Shown: positions 48,578-59,484, counted from the first letter of the stretch. The stretch: DNA of 64,000 nt from a virus (IMGVR_UViG_3300013103_000005:1-64000); one strand, 5' to 3'. The notes: generated by a model not told the origin, from the letters alone. A program made the numbers and translations.

Positions 48578-49511
48578 AAAGGTTTTAATTTACGATGGAA
48601 ATTGGTTTGCCTTTAGGACTTTTGTAACCCATAGGCTTTGTACTTCTGATGGGAAGGATACTACAATTATCTATGGGTTATTGCAAGATTGGGGATTGAT
48701 GTTTAAGAAGTTTGATATAGATTTTCCGATTATTTGTTGGGATGGAAAAAAAGCTTCAGAGAAGAAAAGAAGGATTTATCCTAAATATAAAGAGCATAGG
48801 AAAGGAAGGGTAGATATAGATTGGGGATCTTATTTTTACAGTATATCGGTATGTAAAGAATTTTTAAAAAAGGTTAAAATCCCTTCCCTGGAATTTGAGG
48901 ATTTGGAAGGGGATGAGGTTATTGCTGAAATAGTTTATAAATTAAAAAAGGATAATTTTTGTTTTATTAGGGCTACAGATAAAGATATGATTCAGTTATT
49001 GGATAAAAATGTAAGCATTATTAAGGATATAGATAAGATAATTACCCACGATTTTTTTAAGGAGAACAATATAAATAAGAAAGCTTGGATTTTTGAGAGG
49101 GCGTTGATTGGGGATAGTTCCGATAATATTAAAGGGATTAGGGGAATTGGTGAAAAAAGAGCAAGGTCAATATTGCAGAGGATAATGGGGGAGAAGAATT
49201 ATTTTAAATTTTTTGAAAATAAGGAATATAATAAAACTAAATGGCGGGATAAAGCTTTATTTGACTTGATTAGAGAAAATTTGGACTTAGTTAGGACTAA
49301 TATTAGATTGATGTATTTGAGACCGAAGGGAATCAAAATAAAAATAAGCGAGCCTTCGATAGACTCCAAAATTTGGAATGAGATAATGAAAGAATACGAA
49401 ATTAGAAAATTTAATGTATCGGAAGGTTTTAAACAATTTAAGGATATTTTTAAGGAGGGATTAGATGGGAAAGGAAAAGAAAAAGAAAAAGAAAAAATTT
49501 CAAGAAATTGA
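48567..49511 (+). CDS. 5'-3' exonuclease / flap endonuclease (PolI N-domain or T4 RNase H type)
   Basis: DGN, YP.YK..R, EGDE.I, DKD..QL and GD.SDNI.GI.GIGEK.A motifs. Confidence 0.9.
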   Translation: MENKKVLIYDGNWFAFRTFVTHRLCTSDGKDTTIIYGLLQDWGLMFKKFDIDFPIICWDGKKASEKKRRIYPKYKEHRKGRVDIDWGSYFYSISVCKEFLKKVKIPSLEFEDLEGDEVIAEIVYKLKKDNFCFIRATDKDMIQLLDKNVSIIKDIDKIITHDFFKENNINKKAWIFERALIGDSSDNIKGIRGIGEKRARSILQRIMGEKNYFKFFENKEYNKTKWRDKALFDLIRENLDLVRTNIRLMYLRPKGIKIKISEPSIDSKIWNEIMKEYEIRKFNVSEGFKQFKDIFKEGLDGKGKEKEKEKISRN

Positions 49512-50277
49512 AAAGAGAGGGTTCGAATGGAAAGAAGAAGTAGGCTTGATTAATAATTATCTTAACCTTATTTCTTGTAAAGGGCTTGTTAATGATGTCG
49601 TGATAGATTTAACCCCTAAAAAAGCAATTGCTTTCGGCGTCTCTATTCACGGTGTTATTATTTTTAAAGTAGAATTTGAGAGTGAAGGGATTGATGGTAG
49701 TGGGTCTTTAGCTATTTCAGATATTTCTCAATTACAAAAAGTTTTATCTAGATTTAGTGGAGAGGTTGTTTTTTCTTCGGAGGGAGAGGTTTTGACCTTA
49801 AGCCAGTCTCAGAAAAAAGCTACCTTAGCACTTACGACTCCCGATAATGTAGAATCTTATAGGGTTTCTGATTCAATAAGCCTTAAAGATTTAAAGTTAT
49901 CTACCCCACAAGGAAATTGGGATTTTTCTAAAGGAACAGAGCTTGAGATTAAGGTAGATTGGCTTAAAGGTTTAGTTGCTGATGCGACTGTTTTTGACGA
50001 AAGGAATTTTTGGTTTAGGTCTAAAGCAGATATTTTAGAAGTTCAAATAGGTTTGGATGTTAATCAATTTGTAGATTATCTAGAAGTAGAAGGGTTGGAA
50101 GAAAAGGAAGTGGATTCTTATTTTGAATTTGGATTTCAAGAGGTTTTATCCAGCCTTCAAGGGGATAATGTAACAATGATGTTTTTAAGCGGGCAAGCTG
50201 TGTTAATCAGGGGCGAGTTAGATAACGGAATCAAATATGATTTTGCTATATGCGAGGCGGAAAGAGATGAGGAATAG
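49465..50277 (+). CDS. PCNA-like sliding clamp
   Basis: About 250-aa two-domain size with a PCNA-like helix/strand pattern; adjacent to clamp-loader genes. Confidence 0.6.
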   Translation: MGKEKKKKKKKFQEIEKRGFEWKEEVGLINNYLNLISCKGLVNDVVIDLTPKKAIAFGVSIHGVIIFKVEFESEGIDGSGSLAISDISQLQKVLSRFSGEVVFSSEGEVLTLSQSQKKATLALTTPDNVESYRVSDSISLKDLKLSTPQGNWDFSKGTELEIKVDWLKGLVADATVFDERNFWFRSKADILEVQIGLDVNQFVDYLEVEGLEEKEVDSYFEFGFQEVLSSLQGDNVTMMFLSGQAVLIRGELDNGIKYDFAICEAERDEE

Positions 50278-50815
50278 GGATGTCGTAATTATGGTAGGAG
50301 ATTGTGAAAAGCCTAAAGGATTTAGTAGGGTGGAAATTTTTAGAAAGGATATTTTTAGTACCAAGGGTTTTAGAAAGGGATTATTTGTGGATGCTGATAA
50401 TTTAAATTTAACTTCTTTAGATATTAAATGGATTTGCGAGAATTCTAAATTCCCAACCCTTATTTTGGTTAGAAATAGGGAGAAATTAAAATCCATTTCC
50501 CCGAATATAAAAGTTATCGAAAAAAGGGAATGGGGGAAGTCCTTTGATATTTTTGAATGTTTAAATATTATTTTAAAGGAAAGGGACAGAACTAAGGTTT
50601 TGAATTATCTGAACGAGGTCAGACCTCCCGCCTTGTTGCTTTTTAATTGGTTAATAAGTAACATAGACCAGATAGGGAATATACCTTTACTTATGTATTT
50701 AGATGAGCATATTTTAAATAAGAAGTCTGTCGAATGGTTTTATGAATTTTTAGCTTTGGGGATTAAACCTGTTTCTAAGTATATAAGATATAAATATAGG
50801 ATAAGAAAAGTTTAA
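50267..50815 (+). CDS. Possible degenerate clamp-loader subunit
   Basis: Lies between clamp and RFC genes; P....NWL..N resembles the RFC large-subunit collar. Confidence 0.35.
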   Translation: MRNRDVVIMVGDCEKPKGFSRVEIFRKDIFSTKGFRKGLFVDADNLNLTSLDIKWICENSKFPTLILVRNREKLKSISPNIKVIEKREWGKSFDIFECLNIILKERDRTKVLNYLNEVRPPALLLFNWLISNIDQIGNIPLLMYLDEHILNKKSVEWFYEFLALGIKPVSKYIRYKYRIRKV

Positions 50816-50828
50816 CGCATTAAACTTT
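50807..50828. repeat. Palindrome copy 20 (CGCA)
   Basis: Contains the stop codon. Confidence 0.95.
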
Positions 50829-50841
50829 TGAGGATTTTAAA

Positions 50842-51696
50842 ATGTTAACAGAACAATTAAGACCTAAAAAATTGGAAGATGTGGTTGGACAAAAGGAAAT
50901 CGTAAATAAACTGAAGGAATTTGTAAAGAAAGGAGAAATCCCTAATTTATTGTTTTACGGAAATCCTGGAGTTGGTAAAACTACAGTTGCTCATATTATA
51001 GGTAGAGAGATTTTAGGCAAAACATTTAAAACAAACTTTATCGATATGAACGCTTCTTCGGATAGAGGTATTGATACTATTAGAGGGTTAATACAGGAGA
51101 GAGCTAAAGTTAGGTCTTTAGGAACGAACAAACCGAAAATAATATTTCTTGACGAAGCAGAAATGATGACAAGAGACGCTCAAACCGCTCTAAGGCGAAT
51201 AATGGAGGATTATTATAAGACTTGTAGATTTATACTTTCCTGTAATTTTATTGAAAAGATTATAGAGCCTATAAGAGATAGATGTTCTCCTTTTCATTTT
51301 AAAGACATTCCTTATAAGACAATTGCTAAATATCTCTTAAAGAAGGTCAATCCAATATTATCAAAACCTTTATCTAAAAAACAAGTAATAGCTATATCTA
51401 AAAAAGCAAATGGGAGTTTACGAAGAGCTTTGAATTTAGTAGAGGCAGGGTATAATAAAGAAGTAAAAATAGAAAAGCCTTTATTATCTTTATCCACTAA
51501 AGAATTTTTTGATTTAGTTTATAGTAATGAATATGACCCTGATATTTTATTTCAAAAATTACATCAAGAAGTAGTTTCTAAAAAGAATATAAAAGCATTA
51601 GTTATTTTAGCAGATACCGATTATAGGATGAGTTTAGCTACAAATAAAATGTTACAGTTAATGAGTTGCTTTGTTAAGATTAGGAGGAAAAAATGA
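50842..51696 (+). CDS. RFC small-subunit-like clamp loader ATPase
   Basis: E..RP..L.DVVGQ, G.PGVGKT, NAS.DRGID.IR, LDEA..MT.DAQ.ALRR.ME and RC motifs. Confidence 0.9.
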   Translation: MLTEQLRPKKLEDVVGQKEIVNKLKEFVKKGEIPNLLFYGNPGVGKTTVAHIIGREILGKTFKTNFIDMNASSDRGIDTIRGLIQERAKVRSLGTNKPKIIFLDEAEMMTRDAQTALRRIMEDYYKTCRFILSCNFIEKIIEPIRDRCSPFHFKDIPYKTIAKYLLKKVNPILSKPLSKKQVIAISKKANGSLRRALNLVEAGYNKEVKIEKPLLSLSTKEFFDLVYSNEYDPDILFQKLHQEVVSKKNIKALVILADTDYRMSLATNKMLQLMSCFVKIRRKK

Positions 51697-52361
51697 AGGA
51701 CAAAAATTCTATTCAGGTCAAGATAGTTCCTTTAGAAAGGATAAAGCCTTTTGAGAAAAATCCTAGGGTAATGAACCCTAAGGCAATTGAAAGTGTTGCC
51801 AATTCTATTAAAGAATTTGGGTTCAACGTTCCGATAGTGGTTAATTCCGAAATGAAGATTTGCTGTGGTCATACGAGATACGAAGCAGCCAAACTTTTAG
51901 GGTTAAAGAAAGTTCCTGTGATTATTAGGGATATGGACGAGAAGGATTTTCTTTCTTATAATATTATCGATAATAAAACTTCTGAACTTAATGAATGGAA
52001 TTTTGAAATGCTCAGAAAAAATATTCAGGATTTGGATAAGGATTTAACGGAATTTGGTTTTACAGAAGAAGATTTAGACATAATTCTTTCATCTGAGGAA
52101 GAATTATGTTCTTTTTCTGAAGATGAGTTACCTGAGTATGATAAAAGCTTGACAGAAGATACAGATAAACCAGAAGAAAGATTCCATTGTACAATATTTT
52201 TTGATTCCAAAGAAGATTGGGAGCTTTTAGCTAAATTATCGGGAAAAGAAGGAAGTAAGTATTTAGAAGGAAGTATGATTGTAGAAAATTTAAAGAATTT
52301 TTTAGGTAAAAAGTTTAAAAAATTGCAGAAGATTATGGAGGGTTCGGATGGAGAAAATTAA
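51693..52361 (+). CDS. ParB/Srx N-terminal domain protein (DNA-modification-associated type)
   Basis: NPR, SI.EFGF..PIVV, GHTR..AA..LG...VPV and DNKT.E...W motifs. Confidence 0.8.
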   Translation: MKDKNSIQVKIVPLERIKPFEKNPRVMNPKAIESVANSIKEFGFNVPIVVNSEMKICCGHTRYEAAKLLGLKKVPVIIRDMDEKDFLSYNIIDNKTSELNEWNFEMLRKNIQDLDKDLTEFGFTEEDLDIILSSEEELCSFSEDELPEYDKSLTEDTDKPEERFHCTIFFDSKEDWELLAKLSGKEGSKYLEGSMIVENLKNFLGKKFKKLQKIMEGSDGEN

Positions 52362-53634
52362 AGCGACTTATTCCAGCCCTAGATGGAGTGGGGAATTATT
52401 AGATTGTAGTATGCCCATGACCTTCGACCAATATTCTAGATGTTCGTTTAATTGTGTTTATTGTTTTAGTTTTTTTCAAAAAATTTATAATAAAGGTATG
52501 AGTGAAAAGAAGAAGAAAGACTATGCCGAAGGTATTGTTACTTCGGTGAACGCAGAAAAAGTGATAGAAAACTTTCGCAGGAGTTTGAACGGGGAAGATG
52601 TATGGCAGTTTTCTTGGTATATTAAAAATCGATATGTGATGCAATGGGGTGGTTTAGCAGATCCTTTTGATTTATACGAGAGAAAATTCGGGGTAGGTTT
52701 AAAATTATTAAGATTTTTTAGGGAAATAGAATACCCGATTAGCTTTTCAACTAAGGGAACTTGGTGGATAGAGGATAAAAGATATAGGGAATTATTTGAG
52801 GAGAATTCTTTTTGGAATGTCAAAGTAAGTATAATAAGTTTAGAAGAGAAAGTGGCCAAAGTAATTGAGAGAGGATGTCCGACAGTGAGAGAAAGGCTAG
52901 ACCTAATCGAAAAATTATCCAATATAGGGATATTAACGACGTTGAGATTAAGGCCTTTTATTCCTAAAATCTCGGATAAAACATATCTTTCTTTAATTAA
53001 GGAAGCTTCTAATAGGGGAGCTAAAGCAGTTAGTACGGAATTTTTTTGTTTGTCCACTAATGTTAAAAAGGAAAGATTCAAACCTATTTCTGAATTGGCT
53101 GGTATTGATATTTGGGATTTCTATAAAAGGCTTTCGCCTTCAAGAAGTTCTTTTTATAAAAGGTTAAATTATGAATATAAGAGGCCGTATTTTAAGAAAA
53201 TGGAAGAATTATGCAAAGAGTTAGGATTAAGATTTTATGTGAGCGACGCGCATCATAAGGAGAGATGTAATAATGGGAGTTGTTGTGGTTTACCCGAAAA
53301 TTCTGGGGCGATTTCTAATTATTTTAAGGGTCAATTTACCTACGCTATCGTTTTAGCTAAAAAGAAAGGGGAGGTAAGATTTTCAGATTTAGAAGGTGTA
53401 GAAAACTGGAAGAAAATCCCTTGGAGTTATGCTCAAGGATTAAATACTCATAATCAAGTATGTCGGCTTAAAAGAAAAAATTGGACGGTTTATGATTATG
53501 TTAAATTTATTTGGAATAGTCCTGAGAATAGTTTATCCCCTTACAAGTATTTTGAAGGAATGTTAATACCTTATGCTAAAGATAAGGAAGGAAATTTGAT
53601 TTATAAGTTTAATAGGGAAAAATATGGAAGGTAA
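52348..53634 (+). CDS. Radical SAM enzyme (SPL-like)
   Basis: CSFNCVYC, DPF..YE, STKG, and additional C-terminal Cys (C...SCCG). Confidence 0.8.
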   Translation: MEKIKATYSSPRWSGELLDCSMPMTFDQYSRCSFNCVYCFSFFQKIYNKGMSEKKKKDYAEGIVTSVNAEKVIENFRRSLNGEDVWQFSWYIKNRYVMQWGGLADPFDLYERKFGVGLKLLRFFREIEYPISFSTKGTWWIEDKRYRELFEENSFWNVKVSIISLEEKVAKVIERGCPTVRERLDLIEKLSNIGILTTLRLRPFIPKISDKTYLSLIKEASNRGAKAVSTEFFCLSTNVKKERFKPISELAGIDIWDFYKRLSPSRSSFYKRLNYEYKRPYFKKMEELCKELGLRFYVSDAHHKERCNNGSCCGLPENSGAISNYFKGQFTYAIVLAKKKGEVRFSDLEGVENWKKIPWSYAQGLNTHNQVCRLKRKNWTVYDYVKFIWNSPENSLSPYKYFEGMLIPYAKDKEGNLIYKFNREKYGR

Positions 53635-54058
53635 AGAAAATTTCATAAGTATTTTAGAGGATTTTAAGAGATTGGAAGAAAAGAACCTAGAAGTTTTTTT
53701 ATTATTAAACGGAAAAGATTTTGAAGATATTTCTAAAATTCTTATAAGTTGGAGAAAGATAAAAATAGAATATAAAGGCACGGGTTTGGAAATACCAGAA
53801 GACCTAGAAGGTAGATGGGCTTGGTTATGGAAGAATATTAAATGGGACAAAAGGAAATTGGAAAAATTAACTATGTTAGATTCTTCAAGGTTATCTAGGA
53901 TTGTTGAATTTCTTATTTCTAATAGAATAATTTTTCCCGATGGGACAATTCATAAATCCGCTTCCTTACTTTTAAGGGCTAAGATTAAAGAAATAATTAG
54001 GAAGATACCGACGGATAAGGATAAATCTAAAAATAGAAAGGGGTTTGTAGATGGCTGA
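53624..54058 (+). CDS. Hypothetical protein in the modification cluster
   Basis: Overlapping coupled ORF. Confidence 0.5.
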   Translation: MEGKENFISILEDFKRLEEKNLEVFLLLNGKDFEDISKILISWRKIKIEYKGTGLEIPEDLEGRWAWLWKNIKWDKRKLEKLTMLDSSRLSRIVEFLISNRIIFPDGTIHKSASLLLRAKIKEIIRKIPTDKDKSKNRKGFVDG

Positions 54059-55331
54059 TGTATTATTTGTACATCCTCCTAAACCTTATCTAAGAGACCC
54101 TAATGCTCAGTTTCCTTTAGGTCTTTTATATGTAGAAGCCTCGGCGAGAAAGGAAGGGTTCGAAACTAAAGTTTTAAATGCTTCTTCGCTTTCTTTGGAA
54201 GAAACTGTAGTTAGGATTCTAGACCTTGACCCGTCCGTGATTGGTTACACTGGAACAGTTTTAGATTTGCCTTATATTTTTAAAATACAAGATGAATTGG
54301 AAAAGAAAAAAATCTATCCCTTTGTATTAGGTGGGCCTTGTGTTTTTGCATTTTTAGAATCTGATTTGCGGTTAAGGTTTAAAAGTCCTTTTACGATATG
54401 TATTGGGGAAGGGGAGCCTGTGATAGGTCGAATAATACAAGACCTTAAGAAAGGGTCTCCTAAAAAATCTTACACGGGTTTTAATGAAGATATTAAAAAT
54501 TTACCTAGGCCAGACCGAACATTAATCCAAGACGATTTGTCGGGGAATGTTTTCCTTAGTACTAGGTCAGATAAAGCGACTATTATTTTATCCTCACGAG
54601 GATGTGTTTTTAAATGTTGTTTTTGTACTGCACCTCATCTTTCTAAAGGGAAAGTAAGATTTAGGGATTTGTCAGATTTTTCAAGGGAATTAGATGAGAT
54701 TAAAGATTTAGGAGTCAATTATCTTAGGTTTAGTGATGATAATTTTAGTTTAAATAGAAATTTTGTATCGGAGGTTTGCAAGCTTTTAAGGGAAAAAGGG
54801 TTTTATTTTCGTGTTTCTTGTAGGACTAAGCCCAATGACCTAGATTTTTTTAAATTATTAAAAGATAGCGGGTGTTTAGAAATAGGATTTGGGGTAGAAA
54901 CCTGCGATGAAAGGGTACTTAAAGTAATCGGAAAAGGACAAACCGTATCTGATATAGAAAAAGCTTTGACTAATGCAAAGAAAGCCGGGTTATTCGTAAG
55001 GGTTTTGTTGATGTCTAATCTCCCAGGAGAAGATTCCCAAAGCTCTTATAGAACTATATCGGTTTTAAATTCTTTGCCTTGGGATTCTATAAGTGTTACT
55101 GTTTTAAAGCCTTTCCCCGGTTCGGAAATATGGCGTAACCCTCAAAAATTTGGGTGTGAAATAATAGATAAAGATTTCTTTTCCTATAATATTTATGCCT
55201 ATGATTCCTTAGGCGAAAGGCCTCATAAGCCGGCAATCAGGCCGTTTAATTTGGATTTATGGGAAGTGAGAAAAAATATTGAGGTTTTATTTGATTGGGC
55301 AAAAAAGACAGGAAAACTTAATAAGGGGTAA
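54051..55331 (+). CDS. Cobalamin-binding radical SAM enzyme (class B methylase-like)
   Basis: PLGLLY, GGP, GEGE, SRGCVFKCCFC, DDNF, GVET and PFPGS motifs. Confidence 0.85.
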   Translation: MADVLFVHPPKPYLRDPNAQFPLGLLYVEASARKEGFETKVLNASSLSLEETVVRILDLDPSVIGYTGTVLDLPYIFKIQDELEKKKIYPFVLGGPCVFAFLESDLRLRFKSPFTICIGEGEPVIGRIIQDLKKGSPKKSYTGFNEDIKNLPRPDRTLIQDDLSGNVFLSTRSDKATIILSSRGCVFKCCFCTAPHLSKGKVRFRDLSDFSRELDEIKDLGVNYLRFSDDNFSLNRNFVSEVCKLLREKGFYFRVSCRTKPNDLDFFKLLKDSGCLEIGFGVETCDERVLKVIGKGQTVSDIEKALTNAKKAGLFVRVLLMSNLPGEDSQSSYRTISVLNSLPWDSISVTVLKPFPGSEIWRNPQKFGCEIIDKDFFSYNIYAYDSLGERPHKPAIRPFNLDLWEVRKNIEVLFDWAKKTGKLNKG

Positions 55332-55334
55332 GAT

Positions 55335-56426
55335 ATGAAGATAGGTGTAGTAAGATATTGTTTACCATTAACTTTATCCAGAAGTTCGTCTAGCGGAGGC
55401 GGTTGGATTTTGGAGGACATCTTAAGAGGCCTTATGGGTAAAGGCCACGAAATCTTTATTTTGTCGGAGGTTAATAAAAAGGATTCTTTGTTTTGGAACA
55501 GGTATAAATTTAAATTTAGCTTTTATAAAGTTCCCAAAAATTTAGATTTATTATTAGTTATACAAGGCCCTTTTAATGTTACTTTTTGTTCGAAAAATTT
55601 CGGGCCTTATTTAAAAGGATTTAATCGGGTTTTGGCTCAATATAGCGGCCCCGTGGGGTTGTTAGTATGGGATTATGAATTACCTGTTTTCCTTAGTTCT
55701 AAAAATAAGTCTTATCTTAAAATGTGCGAAGGATTAGGTGAGAATTTTCTAATAAGGGATAAGAAATGGGTCGTAATAGTTTCAGACAAAGAACTCGTGA
55801 GAAAAAAATGGTCTAGTCCTTTTTTTGATTTTTTAAAAGAAGGAAAGATAATCGAAGGGGTAGATTTTTGTAAGTTAGGATTTTCTTTAGATAAATATTC
55901 TGCTCCACAAATGGGAGACTTGCTTTCCTATTTTGGTAGTGATAGGAAAGGAAGGCTCAAGGTATTCGAAAGATATTATTTACAAAGCGGTCTTTTAGTT
56001 AATCTTTTTGGAAATTGGAATAAAAAGAACCTTAGAAGCTTAAAAAAATATCCTAATTTAAAGTTTAAAGGCAAACTAACCGAAAGGGAAGTCTGGGATG
56101 CTATGAGAAAAACATTTTTTCAGATTTATATTTCAGATGATTTCTACAATAAAAAGCACTTTATTACTAGAAGGTTTTATATAGGGATTTTAAGTGGGTC
56201 AGTGGTGTTATTTCAGAAAGAATCGACCCCAGTTTCTAAAGGTTGGATTCCTAAAAAATTTATTGTTTCTTCAGGTGATGAAGTTCGTGAATTTATAATT
56301 AAAAATAAAGATTTTAATAAAAGAAAAATTTTGGTAGATGAATTACAAGAGATTATAGATACGAGTAAGATTAAAGACCATAGGGAAAAGACCTTGGAAA
56401 CTATCGAAAGGATAGTTAGAATATGA
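55335..56426 (+). CDS. GT-B glycosyltransferase, T4 beta-glucosyltransferase-like
   Basis: GH in the N-domain; YFGS.RKGR, LFGNW, FKG and IT.RFY motifs. Confidence 0.6.
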   Translation: MKIGVVRYCLPLTLSRSSSSGGGWILEDILRGLMGKGHEIFILSEVNKKDSLFWNRYKFKFSFYKVPKNLDLLLVIQGPFNVTFCSKNFGPYLKGFNRVLAQYSGPVGLLVWDYELPVFLSSKNKSYLKMCEGLGENFLIRDKKWVVIVSDKELVRKKWSSPFFDFLKEGKIIEGVDFCKLGFSLDKYSAPQMGDLLSYFGSDRKGRLKVFERYYLQSGLLVNLFGNWNKKNLRSLKKYPNLKFKGKLTEREVWDAMRKTFFQIYISDDFYNKKHFITRRFYIGILSGSVVLFQKESTPVSKGWIPKKFIVSSGDEVREFIIKNKDFNKRKILVDELQEIIDTSKIKDHREKTLETIERIVRI

Positions 56427-58798
56427 ATTTTTTATCCAAGGAACTTCCTTGTTCTAACAAATGTCGTCTTTATAAAACCTGTAAAACCCCTTGTATTAAG
56501 GGAAGGGGAAATCCTAATGCAGATATTTTTCTTATAGGCGAGGCCCCGGGGGAAGAAGAGGATGAGCAGGGAAAAGTATTCGTAGGGCGTTCTGGAAAAA
56601 TTTTAGAAAAAGCCCTTGAAAAAGTTGGAATTAAGAATTTTTATATTACAAATGCAGTTGCTTGCAGACCTCCTAATAATAGGGAGCCGACCCAAAAGGA
56701 AATTGAGGCCTGTAAGCCTCGTCTCTTAAAGGAAATAAAGAAGATAAAGCCTAAAACGATTATTTTATTAGGCAATACTGCTCTTAAATCCTTGTTTGCC
56801 AAAACCAAAATAAGCGATTATTTGAATCAGGATTTGGAATTTGAAGGAATTAAGGTTTATGCCAATTATCACCCTGCTGCTTTATTAAGAAATCCCGCCT
56901 TGAAAAAACCTTTTCTAGAGGTTTTGATTAGGGCTAAGAAAGGATTGATATCAAATAAGATAAGGAGAGAATATTGGTTATTAGAGACTTACGAAGAAAT
57001 AAAAGATTTTTTGAAATCTTTGTTGAAAAAAGAATGGGTAGCTTTTGATATCGAGACTTTAGGTTTGGATTATTTGGCTAAGAGAGCTAGGTTATTGTCT
57101 ATCGCCTTTTCGGGCGAGATTGGAAAGGCATTTGCTTTTTCTTTAGATAAGAAAAGGTTGGGGTTGTTGGAATATAGAAAGAGGATTAAATTATTAAATA
57201 ATTTCTTTAATCATAGGTCTACCCCGAAATTGATAGGCCATAATGTTAAATTCGATTGTGCTTATTTAAAGTATTTCGGGGTCGATGTGGATAATTTAAA
57301 GTGGGATACACAGCTAGCTCATCATTTATTGAATGAAGAGATGTTGATGCCTGGTTTAAAGGAATTGGCTAAAAGATATACGGATTTAGGGGATTATAAT
57401 GAACCTGTTAAGGGATATATGAATAATCTAGATTTTTTACCAGAAAAAACTATTTTAACTTATAATTGTTATGATGCGGATGCTACTTTTAGAATTTTTG
57501 TTTACGAGTATAAGAAATTGAAAAAAGAACCTAACCTTTTATGGGTTTTGAATAATATCTTGCTTCCCGCCAGTTATGTCTTAATGTTAATGGAAATGCA
57601 AGGAGCTTCTTTAGATTTGGAATACGTTTATAAGTTGAAGAAAAAGTTCGAAAATGAGAAAAATGAGATTATAAGAAAGCTTGAAAAATCTAAAGCGATT
57701 AGAAAATCTGTAGAAATATTGAAAACTAAATTTAATTTTAATTCTTCAGACCATTTAAGGGTTCTGTTGTATGAGGTTTTGAAGTTACCTGTCGATAAAT
57801 CCAACCTTACTAAAACGGGCTTGCCTTCGGCTAAGGTTGAAGTACTTAAAAAATTTTCTGATAGATATAAAATTATAGGTTCTCTCCTTAGACTTTCTAA
57901 GGTTAAAAAGATGTTAACTACTTATCTAGAACCTGCTGAAGATTGGCTTTCTTCGGATGGGAAGGTCCATACAACTTATAATTTAACAGGGACAGTTACA
58001 GGAAGATTAAGTTCCGAAAGACCAAATAGTCAAAATTTTCCTAGAGATAAAACTATAAAGAAAATGTTTATAGCTTCGCCAGGGAATCTGATTATTCAAG
58101 CTGATTATAGTCAGATGGAATTAAGGGTAATGGCTTGTGCCTCTAGGGATAAAAGATTGATAGAAATTTATAATAAGGGATTAGACGCTCATAAGATGGC
58201 TGCCTCGGCTATGTATAATGTTCCTTATGATAAAGTAACGCCAGAACAAAGACAATTTGCCAAAGGTGCCGTAAGTTTTGGATTAAATTATGGTAGGGGA
58301 GCTAAGGCACTTGCTAGAGATTTGAATATTTCTGTTGAGGAAGCAGAAAGATTTAGGAGGGATTATTTTAAAAGGTATTCGGGTGTCGCTAGGTACATAG
58401 AAGAAGTAAAAAAGACTTTAAGAAAACAAGGTTATGTTGAGAGCTTATTTGGAAGAAGAAGGAGATTACCTAATATTTATTCAAAGGATGAATATAAAAG
58501 AAGCGAAGCAGAGAGACAAGCGGTAAATTTTATAATTCAGTCAACCGCTTCAGATATAACACTTTTAGCGTTATATAAAATATATAAGAGGATTAAAAAA
58601 GAAGAAAAATTATCGAGGCTGATTTTTACTATACACGATTCAGTTGTTTTAGAGGTACCCGAAAGCGAAGTGGATTGGTGTGTAGAAATGTTGAAGAAAG
58701 AAATGGTAGATTTTAAATTTGATTGGTTAGTAGTTCCTTTAGCAATTGAAATAGATATAATGAAAAATTGGGGAGAAACTATTAGAACCATAGAATGA
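56423..58798 (+). CDS. polA: Family A DNA polymerase with an N-terminal family-4 uracil-DNA glycosylase domain and 3'-5' exonuclease
   Basis: UDG: GEAPG, CRPP.NR.P, HPA. Exo: DIET, HN.KFD, YN..D. Pol: TGRLSS, DYSQ.ELR, HDS. Confidence 0.92.
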   Translation: MNFLSKELPCSNKCRLYKTCKTPCIKGRGNPNADIFLIGEAPGEEEDEQGKVFVGRSGKILEKALEKVGIKNFYITNAVACRPPNNREPTQKEIEACKPRLLKEIKKIKPKTIILLGNTALKSLFAKTKISDYLNQDLEFEGIKVYANYHPAALLRNPALKKPFLEVLIRAKKGLISNKIRREYWLLETYEEIKDFLKSLLKKEWVAFDIETLGLDYLAKRARLLSIAFSGEIGKAFAFSLDKKRLGLLEYRKRIKLLNNFFNHRSTPKLIGHNVKFDCAYLKYFGVDVDNLKWDTQLAHHLLNEEMLMPGLKELAKRYTDLGDYNEPVKGYMNNLDFLPEKTILTYNCYDADATFRIFVYEYKKLKKEPNLLWVLNNILLPASYVLMLMEMQGASLDLEYVYKLKKKFENEKNEIIRKLEKSKAIRKSVEILKTKFNFNSSDHLRVLLYEVLKLPVDKSNLTKTGLPSAKVEVLKKFSDRYKIIGSLLRLSKVKKMLTTYLEPAEDWLSSDGKVHTTYNLTGTVTGRLSSERPNSQNFPRDKTIKKMFIASPGNLIIQADYSQMELRVMACASRDKRLIEIYNKGLDAHKMAASAMYNVPYDKVTPEQRQFAKGAVSFGLNYGRGAKALARDLNISVEEAERFRRDYFKRYSGVARYIEEVKKTLRKQGYVESLFGRRRRLPNIYSKDEYKRSEAERQAVNFIIQSTASDITLLALYKIYKRIKKEEKLSRLIFTIHDSVVLEVPESEVDWCVEMLKKEMVDFKFDWLVVPLAIEIDIMKNWGETIRTIE

Positions 58799-58819
58799 AA
58801 GTTTAACGCGTTAAACTAT
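58798..58819. repeat. Palindrome copy 21 (CGCG), abutting the methyltransferase ATG
   Basis: AAAGTTTAACGCGTTAAACT directly followed by ATG. Confidence 0.95.
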
Positions 58820-59477
58820 GGAAGAGATTTATAGAACATCTTTAGGAATTTTGTATAAAGGTGATTGTTTAGATTATTTAAAGATTCAACCAGATAAAAG
58901 TATGGACGTGGTTGTTACTGACCCGCCTTATGGTGTTAGAAATGACGATTGGGATTTGGAATTTGATAAAAATTTGAAAGAATGGTTGGGAAATTGTTTA
59001 AGAATTAGTAAAAGATGTCTTTGGTTTTGCTCTGGTATAAAGCTACCTATGATACTAAGTCTTTATTCTGAATTACAGCGTCTTTTAATATGGGTTAAAC
59101 CCAAAGGCAGTCAGTTTAGCGGAGCAATGAATTCTAATCTATGGTATAGTATAGAACCAATTTTAGTTTATGGGGAGATGCTGCCGAACGATAAGAATAA
59201 AAAATACGGATATTCTCATTTTGTTTATAGAACAGTACCAGAAAGGAAGTATGGGCATCCGACTACAAAACCGTTAGGGTTAATGAAAGACCTTATTTAT
59301 TTTTATTCTAATGAGAATGAAATTGTTTTAGACCCCTTTATGGGTAGTGGAACAACAGCAGTAGCCTGTGAATTATTAAGGAGAAAGTGGGTTGGGATAG
59401 AGAAAGAAGAAAAGTATTGTAAAATAATAATAGAACGTTTAAAAACAGAAGCGAGACCAAGAAAGACCTTTATTTAG
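58818..59477 (+). CDS. Beta-class N6A/N4C DNA methyltransferase
   Basis: DPPY precedes HPT.KP and DPFMGSGTT. Confidence 0.9.
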   Translation: MEEIYRTSLGILYKGDCLDYLKIQPDKSMDVVVTDPPYGVRNDDWDLEFDKNLKEWLGNCLRISKRCLWFCSGIKLPMILSLYSELQRLLIWVKPKGSQFSGAMNSNLWYSIEPILVYGEMLPNDKNKKYGYSHFVYRTVPERKYGHPTTKPLGLMKDLIYFYSNENEIVLDPFMGSGTTAVACELLRRKWVGIEKEEKYCKIIIERLKTEARPRKTFI

Positions 59478-59484
59478 GGAAGAT

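Noticed and set aside
49465-51696. Archaeal host inferred from PCNA/RFC and DUF1874
   Set aside because: Not excluded, but the sigma70-like promoter, boxA, PolA, DnaB, CHC2 finger and lipobox protein favour a bacterium.
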